Shown piece after piece: positions 13,056 to 24,527 of a stretch of 64,000 nt of DNA (position 1 is the stretch's first letter; each line of letters begins with the position of its first letter). The notes beneath the pieces were generated by a model. It saw only the letters and a program-made list of their open reading frames with translations, was not told the DNA's origin and did no database searches. The stretch covers positions 2,480,001 to 2,544,000 of the forward strand of contig NC_086097.1 of NCBI RefSeq assembly GCF_963921235.1, in the 5' to 3' direction. The DNA is from Mobula hypostoma. Its lineage: Eukaryota. The position numbers were made by a program, and so were the translations under genes.

Positions 13056-14296
13056 TTCAGTTCAGTTTTCGTTTATTGTCATTTAGAAATGCATGCATTA
13101 AAAAATGATACAACGTTCCTCCAGAATGATATCACAAGAAAAAACACAGGACAAACCAAAACTAAATCTGACAAAACCACATAATTATAACAGACTCTCC
13201 CCGCTGTGAACCTCTAAGCGCCGCCAACTCGCACCATTGGAAACACTCAATACAATACCATTGGAAGCACCCGACCACAGCAGTCTCTGAGTCCGCCTGA
13301 AAAATTCGAGCCTCCGACACAGCCTCTCTGAGCACCATCCTCTGCCGAGCGCTTCGACCCCGCCCTGGCCGCCGAGCAACAAGCAAAGCCGAGGACTCGG
13401 GGCCTTCTCCTCAGGAGATTCTGGACCACACAGTAGCAGCAGCAGCGAAGCAGGCATTTCAGAAGTTTCACCAGATGTTCCTCCGTGCTCTCACGTCCGT
13501 CTCCATCAAATCAGGATTGTGCACGGCACTCTACTGGGCAAATAACAGACATCACCACCGGAGTGGCTGCTGCGAGCTGCGTTGTGCCGCCATCCCAGAA
13601 CTCACAAAACTAATAATGAAACTAATAACCTTACTCGAGTTGGGCATCATGACGGAGATCAAGAAGCAGGAGTGTGTCAGAGTATTGGACCTGGAAGAAC
13701 CAATGGTTCTTTATCCTGATTACACTTTCAAATGACTCCCATTCTAATCTGACAAAGACTTCACTCTTCCTTGAAATCCACATCAATTTGCCCCTCAGGA
13801 GAAAATGCATTCATTCATTCATTGCCTGGTCCATGGATATTCTGACCTCAGGCATTACACGTCACCAAAACTTGTAACTCCATGACAGATCCATGCTAAC
13901 AGCAGGCTAGTTTACTATAATAAATCCTGGAAAGTGTTGAAGATGTCGTAAATGTTCATTATATAACATTTGAACAAACTGATAAATTAACTAGGGTGTT
14001 TAAAGGTTCTTTATTCAGAATGGTAAAATGTATTGCCCTGGACTTCTTTCAAAAGGCTTGAGATTTTCCACAGGATTTTAAGATCATTCTTCACATTTTA
14101 GGCTGAAAATAAATACTAGCAGATTACTTCCTTTAACAGTGGAGCTTAAGGTACAATCATAATTCATTTACATATCACAAAGCACATTGAGATATTGAAA
14201 ATGGGGTAAGAGGAGCTACATAAGCAGTAGTCTCTTTAATTCTTTAATAACAACCCTTGTCACTAACTTACATTTGTCCCATCTAAGAAACACACT

Positions 14297-14580
14297 GGGG
14301 GCACTGCAGTAGCACAGCGGATAGTGTGACACTATTACAACTCTGGGCATCAGGGTTCAGAGTTTAATCCCGGCTCCAGCTGGAAGGAGTTTGAAAATTC
14401 TCCCCGAGACCACGTGGGCTTCCTCCAGGGTGCTCCAGTTTCCACCCACACTCCAAAAACTAACCAGTTAGTAGGTTAATCGGTCTTTGTAAATTGTCCC
14501 ATGGTTAGGCTGGGGTTAAACAGAGGAGTTGCTGGGTGGTGCAGTTTGAAGGGCTGGAAGGCATCTTGAAATAAATAAAT
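14297..14580 (+). mobile_element. tRNA-derived V-SINE-like element
   Basis: 5' tRNA-like region (gtagcacagcggatag...gagtttaatccc), then cacgtgggcttcctccagggtgctccagtttccacccacactcc core. Confidence 0.75.
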
Positions 14581-16279
14581 TCCTGTGATCGTGATTTCAA
14601 ACCTCCAGAATGACACCCTCTTCAGGCCAGGTTCTGTGAACCGCAAATTTCTTTTTCCTCGCAATTCTCCAAGTCAAAAGCACATTTGTTACAATGCACC
14701 AAAAGGTAACCTCCTGTAAAAGCTGGATTCTTTCTCATGTTCTCAATATTTATTGTTTATTTATTATTAATATTATTTGTCTCTCTTTTGTATTTGCACA
14801 GTCTTTTGCACACTGATCGTTTGGCTGCCCTGTTAGTGCAGTCTCTTATTGATTACATTATGGTTATTGATAATACCCATGAGAAAACATATCTCAGGGT
14901 TCTATATGGTGACATATATGTACTTTGATAATAAATTTACTTTGATCTTTGAGAATGTTCTCTCTCCACTGAAGCTACCTGACCTGCTGACTATTTCCAG
15001 CAATATCTGTCTTATTGCATCAGAACAGACTCAGCAGTATGAATGGCCTAATTCTGCCCCTACGTCTTCTGGTCTTATTGGTCAGGGTGTCAAAGGTTAC
15101 GGGCGGAAGGCAAGAGAATGGAGTTGAGGGGGATAATAAGTCAGCCATGATGGAATGGTGGAGCAAACTGGATGGGCTGAATGGCCTAATTCTGCTCCAA
15201 TGTCTTATGGTCTTTATTAAAACTCCCAACTAACTCGGCCTTTGAGAAAAACATTGAAAAAGGTAAAAATTATGGCTCCAATTGCAATAAATACCACTGT
15301 GTACTGTGCTGAAAATGAAATAAAATCAGATGTGCAATTATCTTACACTTTCATGATCAGCCGACAAAAGCTGAAAGTCTGAAATAAAAACAGGAACTGC
15401 AGACAAACCCCAGCAGGTCTGGCAGTACCTGAGGCAGCAGAAACAAGGGTGATAGTTTGCATTTTACAACAAAGCGTCTTTGATCCAAATCATTACGTCA
15501 GTTTCTCTTTCCACAGATGCTGCCTGACCTGATGATTACTTCTGGTACTATCTGCTTTATTTCTCCATCTCCTGCTTTATTGTTCAATTTAAATACACAG
15601 ATTTTTATTTGAGGCCATTGAGAGGGCTGACACTGCATCTGTCAATAGTTCACCCCAAATCGATGCCACCCCCATGAATGTAGTCACAAGTCTGGGGAAT
15701 ATTTGTGAAGTTCATCTATTCTACTCCAGATTGTTTAATGTCATTTCCAGTACACAAGTTAAAAAAGAATGAAACACTCATTACTCCAGATCTGATACAG
15801 TACCAAAACACAACAATGAAATCATACACAATAGATAATAAGACTTCCATACATTGATTGATTGTGTCCATAAAGTGCCATTAGGCATAGGAGAGTCTGA
15901 ATGCAAACTGACTGACAGGAAATGATGGAGGGGCGAGTTAATTGGTGGAGGAAAATTACTGATCAGCCTTACTGCTTGGGGTAAGTATACAGTTCATAGA
16001 AAACATACCCCTCCAATACAATTCAAAACACAAGACCAGTTTCAAAAGACTGCCAACATCAACTTCAGACCAAGTCATGTACCAAAGATTTGCATCAAAG
16101 ATTGTAAACTAGTCCAATCTAGCTCTTATTGTTATTGATTGGCAAACTTGATAAATGGGGCTTGAAGTGCATTATAGTAGAAGTATGCAGATGAGGGCCC
16201 AAGCACAGAATTAAATAAGGAGCTATTTATAAGAAACACAGCTACTCAGCAGGCTGACTTTATATGGCAGAACACAAAC

Positions 16280-16790
16280 CTAAGAGATTGTGCAGATGCT
16301 GGAAATCCAGAGCAGCAGCCACAACACACACACACACAATGTTGGAGGAACTCAGTAGGTTAAGCAGCATCTATGGGAAAGAGTAAACAGTCAACGTTTC
16401 AGGCCCAGACAATTCATCGGAACTGTTGGGGGGGGGGGAAGATGCCAGAAAAAAGGTAGGGAGGTGGGGGGGAGGGGAAAGAGGACAAGCTGGAAGGTGA
16501 TAGGTGAAGCCAGGTGAGTGGGGGATGGGGAGTGAAGTACCAGGCTGGGAGGTGATAGGTGAAGCCAGGTGAGTGGGGGAAGGGGAGTGAAGTACCAGGC
16601 TGGGAGGTGATAGGTGGAAAGGAAAGATAAAGGGCTAGCGAAATAGGATAGGAGAGGGGACCATGGGGAAAAGGGAAGGAGAGGGGGACACGGGGAGGTG
16701 ATGGGCAGGTGAGCAGAAAAGGTAAGGGGCCCAGAGTGGGAAACTGAAATGGGGAGGGGGAAAATAATTTTTCAGCATCTGCAACAACTC
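16280..16790 (-). mobile_element. Penelope-like element 3' end with degenerate hammerhead motif
   Basis: gcagatgctggaaatcc...gaactcagtagg...cagtcaacgtttcaggccc and purine-rich tail, as in 22660-23090 reverse complemented. Confidence 0.75.
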
Positions 16791-16899
16791 TTCCGTCTGT
16801 GGCAGCACATTAACTTCTGATTTAGGTTCTAAAGCAGCAATGCTTCATGTTTTAACCAACATGGAGATCCCTGCGCCTCTTTAGCACAATCATTGAGGC

Positions 16900-18310
16900 T
16901 CACTATAAAAGGAAGGCGCAGCACTAGGTACTAACTCGGCCATCGGCTCTCTCTCACCCACCCACCCCGAACTCGTTCAGAGCCACTTTCTCCACTCCCC
17001 CTTAAAAAGCAACTTCCATCAGAAAAGAACCGTCCTCTTCCACCGCGATTTTCAAAACACCGTGGTGGCGGGAAGAGGAAAGAGAGAAGGGGGAAGGCAA
17101 TATTCTACAATTGCTCAAACGCATGTCTTTTGATCCAAATCTTCGTGTTTTTTTCAAGTATGTGAGCAGAGGGATTAGCGTGTAACAAACGCAGCCTGTA
17201 GCCCGCGCCGCGAACGTAGCCGCCGTCCGGAGGATTAAGGATTAGTGCCGACTCTCTCTGCCCCCTTCCCTCTTTAAGGCTGGGCTGGCTTGCACATGGG
17301 AGTACTCAAAGCCTGCCTTAATCAAGCAGGCGTTATTTCCTGCTCGCCATCCCCCAGCCCTGCCCCGACCGATTCATTTCAAACGCTGACAAAATAAAAG
17401 AACTAAAGGGAGGGGGGGGGTGTCCTGTGTTTACCTGCAGAGATCCGCGAAGGCCTGGAAATTCAGCTTTTTGATCTTCTTCTCGCTCAGCCAGTACCCG
17501 ACTCGCTTCCCTCTCAGCCAGGTCTGCATCTTCAAGGCGGACAAGTGCGGAAGTAAAATCGAAACTGTGTGTAGGTTAGCAGACCTGCAAATGAATGGGT
17601 TAACGGGAGGGAAGGGGTGGAATGGGGGGGAGGAGGAAGAGATTGGGGGGGAGGAAGAGAGAAGTTGAATTAAGCCAAATGGTTAAATGTAACCGTGCAG
17701 CCAGAAAACATTAACCCTTTCTTTCATTTTAAAAGCAACATTACATTTACATCCTCTGCTTGCAGTGTTGAACAAGAGCGCCTATGCATTTACATTTTTC
17801 TTCCAATCCACGATAGCAAATCCAGGAAATACATTTTTTTTAAAAAAGCAGGCAAAATATAAAAACCTAAATCGATGCTGAGTGCGGGCTCATCACAAAC
17901 CCAGGAGTACGCGCTGCTATCGCTGCTGGAGCTTTTGAGCCAGGCGTCTCTCGGCTCCGCACCGAGTCCCCGTCCGGTTCGGCCCACACACCGCGGGCTG
18001 CCTTCAGCGCAGTGCCGGCCGCCAGCCAGCCGAGCCCTTAGCCGCGCACACACCAGGCAGGGAAGCAGGGCCAGAGAGAGACCAGCGGTCGCCTGCCGCC
18101 AGATTCTAGCCTCCACCCCCCACCATTGAGATCAGCGGCTCGGCTCGGCTCGGCAGCGGGGAAAGGGAAATAAAAAGCGGCGGCGGCGGCGACAGGGGGC
18201 GCTCCGAGCCGCCGCTCGGCCGTCCCCCCGCCCCCGCCCCTTAAAGGGGTCCGGTCTGGCCGTAGCCCGCCGCCCCAAACATCCAGTTAACCCGGCGCAT
18301 TCCAGTCTCG
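16900..18310 (-). promoter_or_regulatory. ITPK1: CpG island / ITPK1 promoter and probable non-coding exon 1
   Basis: High CpG density, tandem GC boxes ccccgcccccgcccc at ~18225-18240, (GCC)n and (GAGCC)n runs typical of a 5' UTR; candidate donor AATG|GTGGGG at 18124/18123. Confidence 0.75.
17435..17529 (-). CDS. ITPK1: Inositol-tetrakisphosphate 1-kinase, first coding exon (95 nt); remaining exons not identified in the window
   Basis: Translates MQTWLRGKRVGYWLSEKKIKKLNFQAFADLC(R), matching the vertebrate ITPK1 N-terminus; donor CAG|GTAAAC at 17435/17434; upstream acceptor TTTGCAG|G at 17585/17584 with a pyrimidine tract; adjacent to LYSET as in other vertebrates. Confidence 0.95.
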
Positions 18311-18703
18311 ACACTACTCTGCAATACCATCTCAAATCTATAAGTTACTGCATTTCTGCTCCTGGTTATGTAGTCAAGAATTCAAGTAATTATTATTATA
18401 TCTCTGCATTTGATGTACAGATATATAAAATGTATGCATTTGTTTATTATTGAAAACGAACAACTAGCTATATTCTTAGAAACTACTGCCATTTGGGTAA
18501 CATATTATTTTTTCTATAATACTAATTTAAATGGTATAGGGTCTCCATTCTAACGACGTTGCTCACCAAAAAAGTACTGTATTTACAGTACATGACACTT
18601 GTTCTCGATTCGTCCAATAACGAACTTTAGCTAATGTAACCTCCTACATTAAAAATCAGATGAGTGGGTGTTAACATACTCAAAAAAAAGTATATTGGAA
18701 TAA

Positions 18704-18985
18704 TCACAAGAGATTCTGCGGATGCTGGAAATCCCTAGTAACGCACACAAAATGCTGGAGCAACCCAGCAGGTCGAGCAGCATTTATGGACGGGAAAATA
18801 AGCAGTTGACTCTCGGGCTGGCCGAAACCCTTCACCGGGCTTGCCCTCCTCCCCGCATTTTCGTTCGGGCACCTACCCCCTTCCTTTCCAGTCCTGATGA
18901 AGGGACTCGGCCCCAACCGTCAACTCCATTTCCAGAGATACTAACTGACCTGCTGAGTTCCTCCGACATTTTGTGAGTGTTACTA
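18704..18985. mobile_element. Penelope-like element fold-back (two 3' ends in inverted orientation)
   Basis: cacaaaatgctggagcaacccagcaggtc...gacctgctgagttcctccgacattttgtg; degenerate hammerhead agtcCTGATGAagggactcggccc at ~18890-18925. Confidence 0.75.
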
Positions 18986-20705
18986 CTTTTTATATTGGAA
19001 TAAGGATCTGTGAAAGCACGGGACATGGGTTAAGCTTCTCACACGTACTACCTGATATCAGATAAAATCAGTCTGTTGGGGAAACCGAGTAACTCCACAA
19101 AACCCTTGAAGAAAATGTCCAAGTTGCAGAAGAGGAATAAGGAACTAACGCCCAGCTGGGGATAAGAACTCGGTTCTGAGACACTCACGACTCTGATTGG
19201 GGCCGGAGAGCGGGCAAGAACAACCGTTTTCAACCCGAGGGAGAACTAATAATGATAATAACTTATTTATAGAGTACTTTCATACAGATGATGTAGTTCA
19301 AAATGATTTACAATGGGATAAAGTGCAAACATGAAAATAAAATATTAAAAATAAACATGAAAATAAAATATTTAAGAATGTTGGTTAAAAGCAAGATTAA
19401 AGGAATAGGTTTTGAGCTGACATTTAAAAGTGTTAATCGAGGCTGCATCCCCTGTAGTTTTAAGTATTAAACTGAATGGGTGGCTGATTGCAATGTCTGG
19501 GAATTGTGCAGGATGATGACGACAACTCGTCAAAGGAAGGATTTCTGCTCTTCGCAAGTGGACACGAGAGAAGACAACTGGAAGGGCGGGCAACGGAGGA
19601 GTTCAGGCTTAAGGTGATATTGTCACGCATAGAAACCATTCTACTTCTATGGTCTTATGGTCTTATGACCAGTAGTCCAGAACACTAGTTCAAGCCCAGT
19701 ATGCACCAGATCCTACCTATTGTCATTTTCCACAGAGGATGTTAAAAAGTTGCTTTGATAATAATGAAAGCTGAATCAGTTTAAGAGGTCTACAAACGGC
19801 CATTTATAGAAAAGATCAAGAGGATATAAAAACTGATGTAGAGTATTATCGAATCTGAGCTCAGTAACTAGGTTTGGCCACTTCTATGCCTAGCGTCATC
19901 AACGTTTGTGTATGAGATATCGTATGTATTAACATTTATTGTGTTTTTATTACTGTGTTATCTTGTTTTATTTTGCACTGCATTGAATCCAGAGTAACAA
20001 TTATTTCATTTTTCTTTACAATTGTGTACTGGAAATAACATAAAGCAATCTTGGGTATACAAGATTTAAGCCAAATCTTTTACATTCCTGCTTCACTTGC
20101 AGCTAAGGCAGAGGTTCCCAAACTATCGATGCCATGGACCAATACCATTAAGCAATGGGGCCTGAACTAAAGAGAGGACTTATCATCTACTTCCGCCAAT
20201 ATTGCCACCTTGTTTGTTGCCTGTAGGAACTTGCAATGTGCAAATTAATTGCAGAATTTCCAACACAATATTGAGTGCACAGTTAGACTGACTGTAAGAA
20301 AAAAATCGGGACTGAAATTATTGTGTAAACACAAAACCGTCTTCTCATTACAGCAGTGTATGAAATTCAAACTTTGCACCTCCAGGTAAAATAATCGCAT
20401 TTCTAAATCTAACTCCTGAAGATCTAAATCAGGTTTAATATCATTGGCATTTGTCATGAAATCTGTTGATATGTGGCAGCAATACATTGCAAAACAATAA
20501 AATATAAATTACTATACATATGTGTGTGGGTGTGTGTGTGTGAGAGAGAGGGAGATAAGATATAAAATATATTAAATAAGTACTAACAAAGGAAAGCCAA
20601 AAATAGTGAGGTATTGTACACGGGTTCATTGTCCATTCAGAAATCTGATGGTGGAGGGGAAGAAGCTGTTCCTAAAACTCTGCGTCTTCATTGAGCAATG
20701 GATAG

Positions 20706-20831
20706 TTATTGAAGTTACAATGTGTAGCTTATTGAAGTTGCAATGTATAGCTTATTGAAATTACAATGTATAGTTTATTGAAAATACAATGTATAGCCTT
20801 TTGAAATTACAATGTATAGTCTATTGAAGTG
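20706..20831. repeat. 23-bp minisatellite, about 5.5 copies
   Basis: Unit approximately TTATTGAA(G/A)TTACAATGTATAGC. Confidence 0.92.
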
Positions 20832-21779
20832 CTGCATTAGATTTCAGTTTTCTGTTGATATATATAGGAAATCTAGACTCGACATTTTTAAGCACTTAAA
20901 TAACGGTGTTAAATAACGAATGACGAATGTTAATAAATAACTTGTCTAAAATGGATTGGCGGACTGGAGGAAATATAAAAAAATGTCGATTTACTTTATA
21001 ACATTTATGTAACCAAAGCCACCAAAATGTAATATGTTATCAACAATCTCTCTACAAAGCACTGAACTATTTACTGGGCATCCCGAGATAGCAATAACGC
21101 CCTGCGAAACAGACAACGCCTTCGCTCTGTATGTGAAGGGAAATTCGGGCTGCTCTGGCTGAATACAAAGGCAAACCAATTACTTTTGGTGTTTTGCCCT
21201 CGGTCTCACTTCTCAGTTCATCAGTGAGTGAAGCCGATCTTCAGGAGAATTTGGAAAAATCTATCAATACAATTATTCCAGCGTTACAACGCTTCAGCCG
21301 CGGAATTCTCCGGCACGTCCTGCCCTCGTAATCTGCTCCAAGTAAACAGACTGTTCAATCGAAACGTTATCTAATTCGAAAGGCTCCGAACAGTTACAAC
21401 AGAGACAAACATCGGGAGGTTTACAAACTTACTGGAAGCCAGAACTTTCTTTTTTCCACCACAAAAGTTGCATTTGTCGGCCAGCGCGTCCCTCACTGGG
21501 ATTGTTTTTTTTAAGTAGAGAATTTATTGGACAGCGACTTTTGCGTAACTGTTGACGTTTGTGGATTAGAGCCCCACGTTGATCAAAGTGGAGGTTATTC
21601 CTGGGGATAAATCTTTAAAGTAATTATAAAAATGGTCACTCCTGGTCAGCAAAGGAAACGTAGACAATACTGAGTGCAGAGCACCGATCTAAATAAAATA
21701 TTAGGCCAAGACAAAGCACGTCCTTCACGTAAAGTTGAAATGACAATCATTTCCTCCAGGTCCAACATATTTTTCTGAC

Positions 21780-23090
21780 TCTCACAGCTATCTGGACTAT
21801 TCTTCTTCTCACCCTGTCTCTTGCAAAAACGCCATCCCCTTCTCGCAATTCCTCCGTCTCCGCCGCATCTGCTCTCAGGATGAGGCTTTTCATTCCAGGA
21901 CGAAGGAGATGTCCTTTTTTAAAGAAAGGGGCTTCCCTTCTTCCACCATCAACTCTGCTCTCAAACGCATCTCCCCCATTTCACGCACATCTGCTCTCAC
22001 TCCATCCTCCCACCACCCCACTAGGAATATGGTTCCCCTGGTCCACACCTACCACCCCACCAGCCTCCGGGTCCAACATATTATTCTCCGTAACTTCCAC
22101 CACCTCCAACGGGATCCCACCACTAAGCACATCTTTCCCTCCCCCCCCCTCTCTGCTTTCCACAGGGATCGCTCCCTACGCAACTCCCTTGTCCATTCGT
22201 CCCCCCCCCCCCCATCCCTCCCCACTGATCTCCCTCCCGGCACTTATCCTTGTAAGCGGAACAAGTGCTACACATACCCTTACACTTCCTCCCTTACCAC
22301 CATTCAAGGCCCCAGACAGTCCTTCCAGGTGAGACGACACTTCATCTGTGAGTCGGCTGGGGTGATATACTGCGTCTGGTGCTCCTGATGTGGCCTTCTA
22401 TATATTGGCGAGACCCGACGCAGACTGGGAGACCGTTTTGCTGAACATCTACGCTCTGTCCGCCAGAGAAAGCAGGATCCCCCAGAGGCCACACATTTTA
22501 ATTCCACATCCCATTACCATTCTGACATGTCTATCCACGGCCTCCTCTACTTTAAAGATGAAGCCACACTCAGGTTGGAGGAACAACACCTTATATTCCG
22601 TCTGGGTAGCCTCCAACCTGATGGCATGAACATTGACTTCTCTAACTTCTGCTAATGCCCCACCTCCCCCTCGTACCCCATCCGTTATTTATTTATATAC
22701 ACACATTCTTTCTCTCTCTCTCTCCTTTTTCTCCCTCTGTCCCTCTCACTATACCCCTTGCTCATCCTCTAGGTTTTCCCCCCCTCCCCCTTTTCTTTCT
22801 CCCTAGGCCTCCCGTCCCATGATCCTCTCATATCCCTTTTGCCAATCAACTGTCCAGCTCTTGGCTCCATCCCTCCCCCTCCTGTCTTCTCCTATCATTT
22901 TTGATCTCCCCCTCCCCCTCCCACTTTTAAATCTCTTACTAGCTCTTCTTTCAGTTAGTCCTGACGAAAGGTCTCAGCCCGAAACGTCGACTGTACCTCT
23001 TCCTAGAGATGCTGCCTGGCCTGCTGCGTTCACCAGCAACTTTGATGTGTGTTGCTTGAAATTCCAGCATCTGCAGAATTCCTCATGTTT
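21780..23090 (+). mobile_element. Penelope-like retroelement, 5'-truncated (RT thumb, GIY-YIG endonuclease, 3' terminal repeat)
   Basis: LDYSSSHPVSCKNAIPFSQFLRLRRICS...GVIYCVWCS*CGLLYIGETRRRLGDRFAEHL...LQPDGMNIDF; pyrimidine-rich tail; hammerhead motif at 22957-22992. Confidence 0.92.
22957..22992 (+). ncRNA. Minimal type I hammerhead ribozyme motif (Penelope-associated)
   Basis: AGTC-CTGACGA-aaggtctcagccc-GAAAC-GTC-GACT: conserved core, stem I AGTC/GACT, imperfect stem II, palindromic ACGT in place of stem III. Confidence 0.75.
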
Positions 23091-24527
23091 GCATAACAAT
23101 AATTTCCTGGGGTTTGTAACACCGAGCGATGCAACGTCCTGGCAGCCAACTCTACTGAGAAGGTGCCTAGACTGTATACATAACCAACACATTTCTGCTG
23201 AACTCTGGACCACAATTATTTTAATACTTGTATAAAGCATTTGTCTTTTAACTGGAATTTACCATGAAAGCCTTGCCAGTTTGGAGAAAATGTGGTTTCT
23301 GGTGATGGTCCGGAATTGTTGTCACTAACAGAAAACGGCCTGGCTCTCCAAGTAAAACAATTGGGACAGCGTTTCATGAACAGCTTCTTCCCATCTGCTA
23401 TCAGATTTCTGAATGGACAGTGAACCCATAAACAAGACCTCCATCTTTTTTTTGTTTATTGATTTAATTTAACTTTTAATATCTTTTCTTATTGTAATTT
23501 ATAGTATTTTAAAATTGTATATTGCACTGTACTGCTGCCGCAAAACAACAAATTTCAAGACATATACCAGTGATATTAAAACTGATTTTGATTCTGGTAT
23601 GAATCATGCCGAGAACTGACATCATATGCTGCATAGGTGTGGAAAAACACAATGGTAATCCAAAGAATATCTAGACATTGCAGCCTTATTCCAAATGCCA
23701 TGCTTGATGCTGCCCGCAGTTTAAACAGATTTTTGGAAGCACAATTTTCACAAGGAGTTGATAATCTATTGTAATATTGCGGAGTCTTTATTTCTCTTCG
23801 ATGAACATGCATTGAAATATTAAATGAGTTTTGTCATTATACAGTGTTTTTACTGTGAATTAGTACCAGATTTCATTTGTTACACATTTCCCAAAGGCAT
23901 TGAACTATCATATTACTCATAATTCAGGTTCCTCGTTCACCTACTGTGTCTGCTGAGGCGAGACTTCACGTACAGTGTATAACCAGTATCCATCCATCAC
24001 ACATGAACCGAAAGAAACTGCATGGTCATTGACTGCCCAGCTCTTTCACCTGTTGTTAAGGTAATGGTGTCTGCTGAGGTGAGACTTCATACACAGTACC
24101 AGAAACACGACCATCAAGAAGCTGTAAGGTGTTTGAAAGGGACAACCAACCATGGGAAATATGGTCTCATTTGACGTCCACATTCACACACTTACCAATT
24201 GGCATTCACCATCCTCTTGAAGGGTTTCAGTCCGATATGTCAGCTCTTTATTCCACTCCATAGAAGCTGCCTGACCTGCTGAGTTCCTCAAGCATTTTGT
24301 GTGTGTTACTCTGGATTTCCTGCATTTGCAGAATCTCTTGTATCCGATATAGAGCCCAGATGCGTATTTCATCCCTTCAGTCCACTACCCAGAAGGCGGC
24401 AATGGCAAACCACTTCTGTAGAAAAATTTGCCAAGAACAACTATGGTCAGGAGATCAGGATTGCCTACGTCATACGACACAGCACGTAATGATGATGATG
24501 AATTAACCTACCAACTTACATATCTTT

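Noticed and set aside
16496..16616. 55-bp tandem duplication, G-rich
   Set aside because: Local duplication within a Penelope purine-rich tail; no sign of independent function
1..17400. Further ITPK1 coding exons (e.g. the short KRGxEVVQ exon)
   Set aside because: No convincing match found by eye; probably beyond the window start, but a 25-nt exon could have been missed
20706..20831. 23-bp repeats as a possible CRISPR-like array
   Set aside because: Units are contiguous with no spacers; eukaryotic context; ordinary minisatellite
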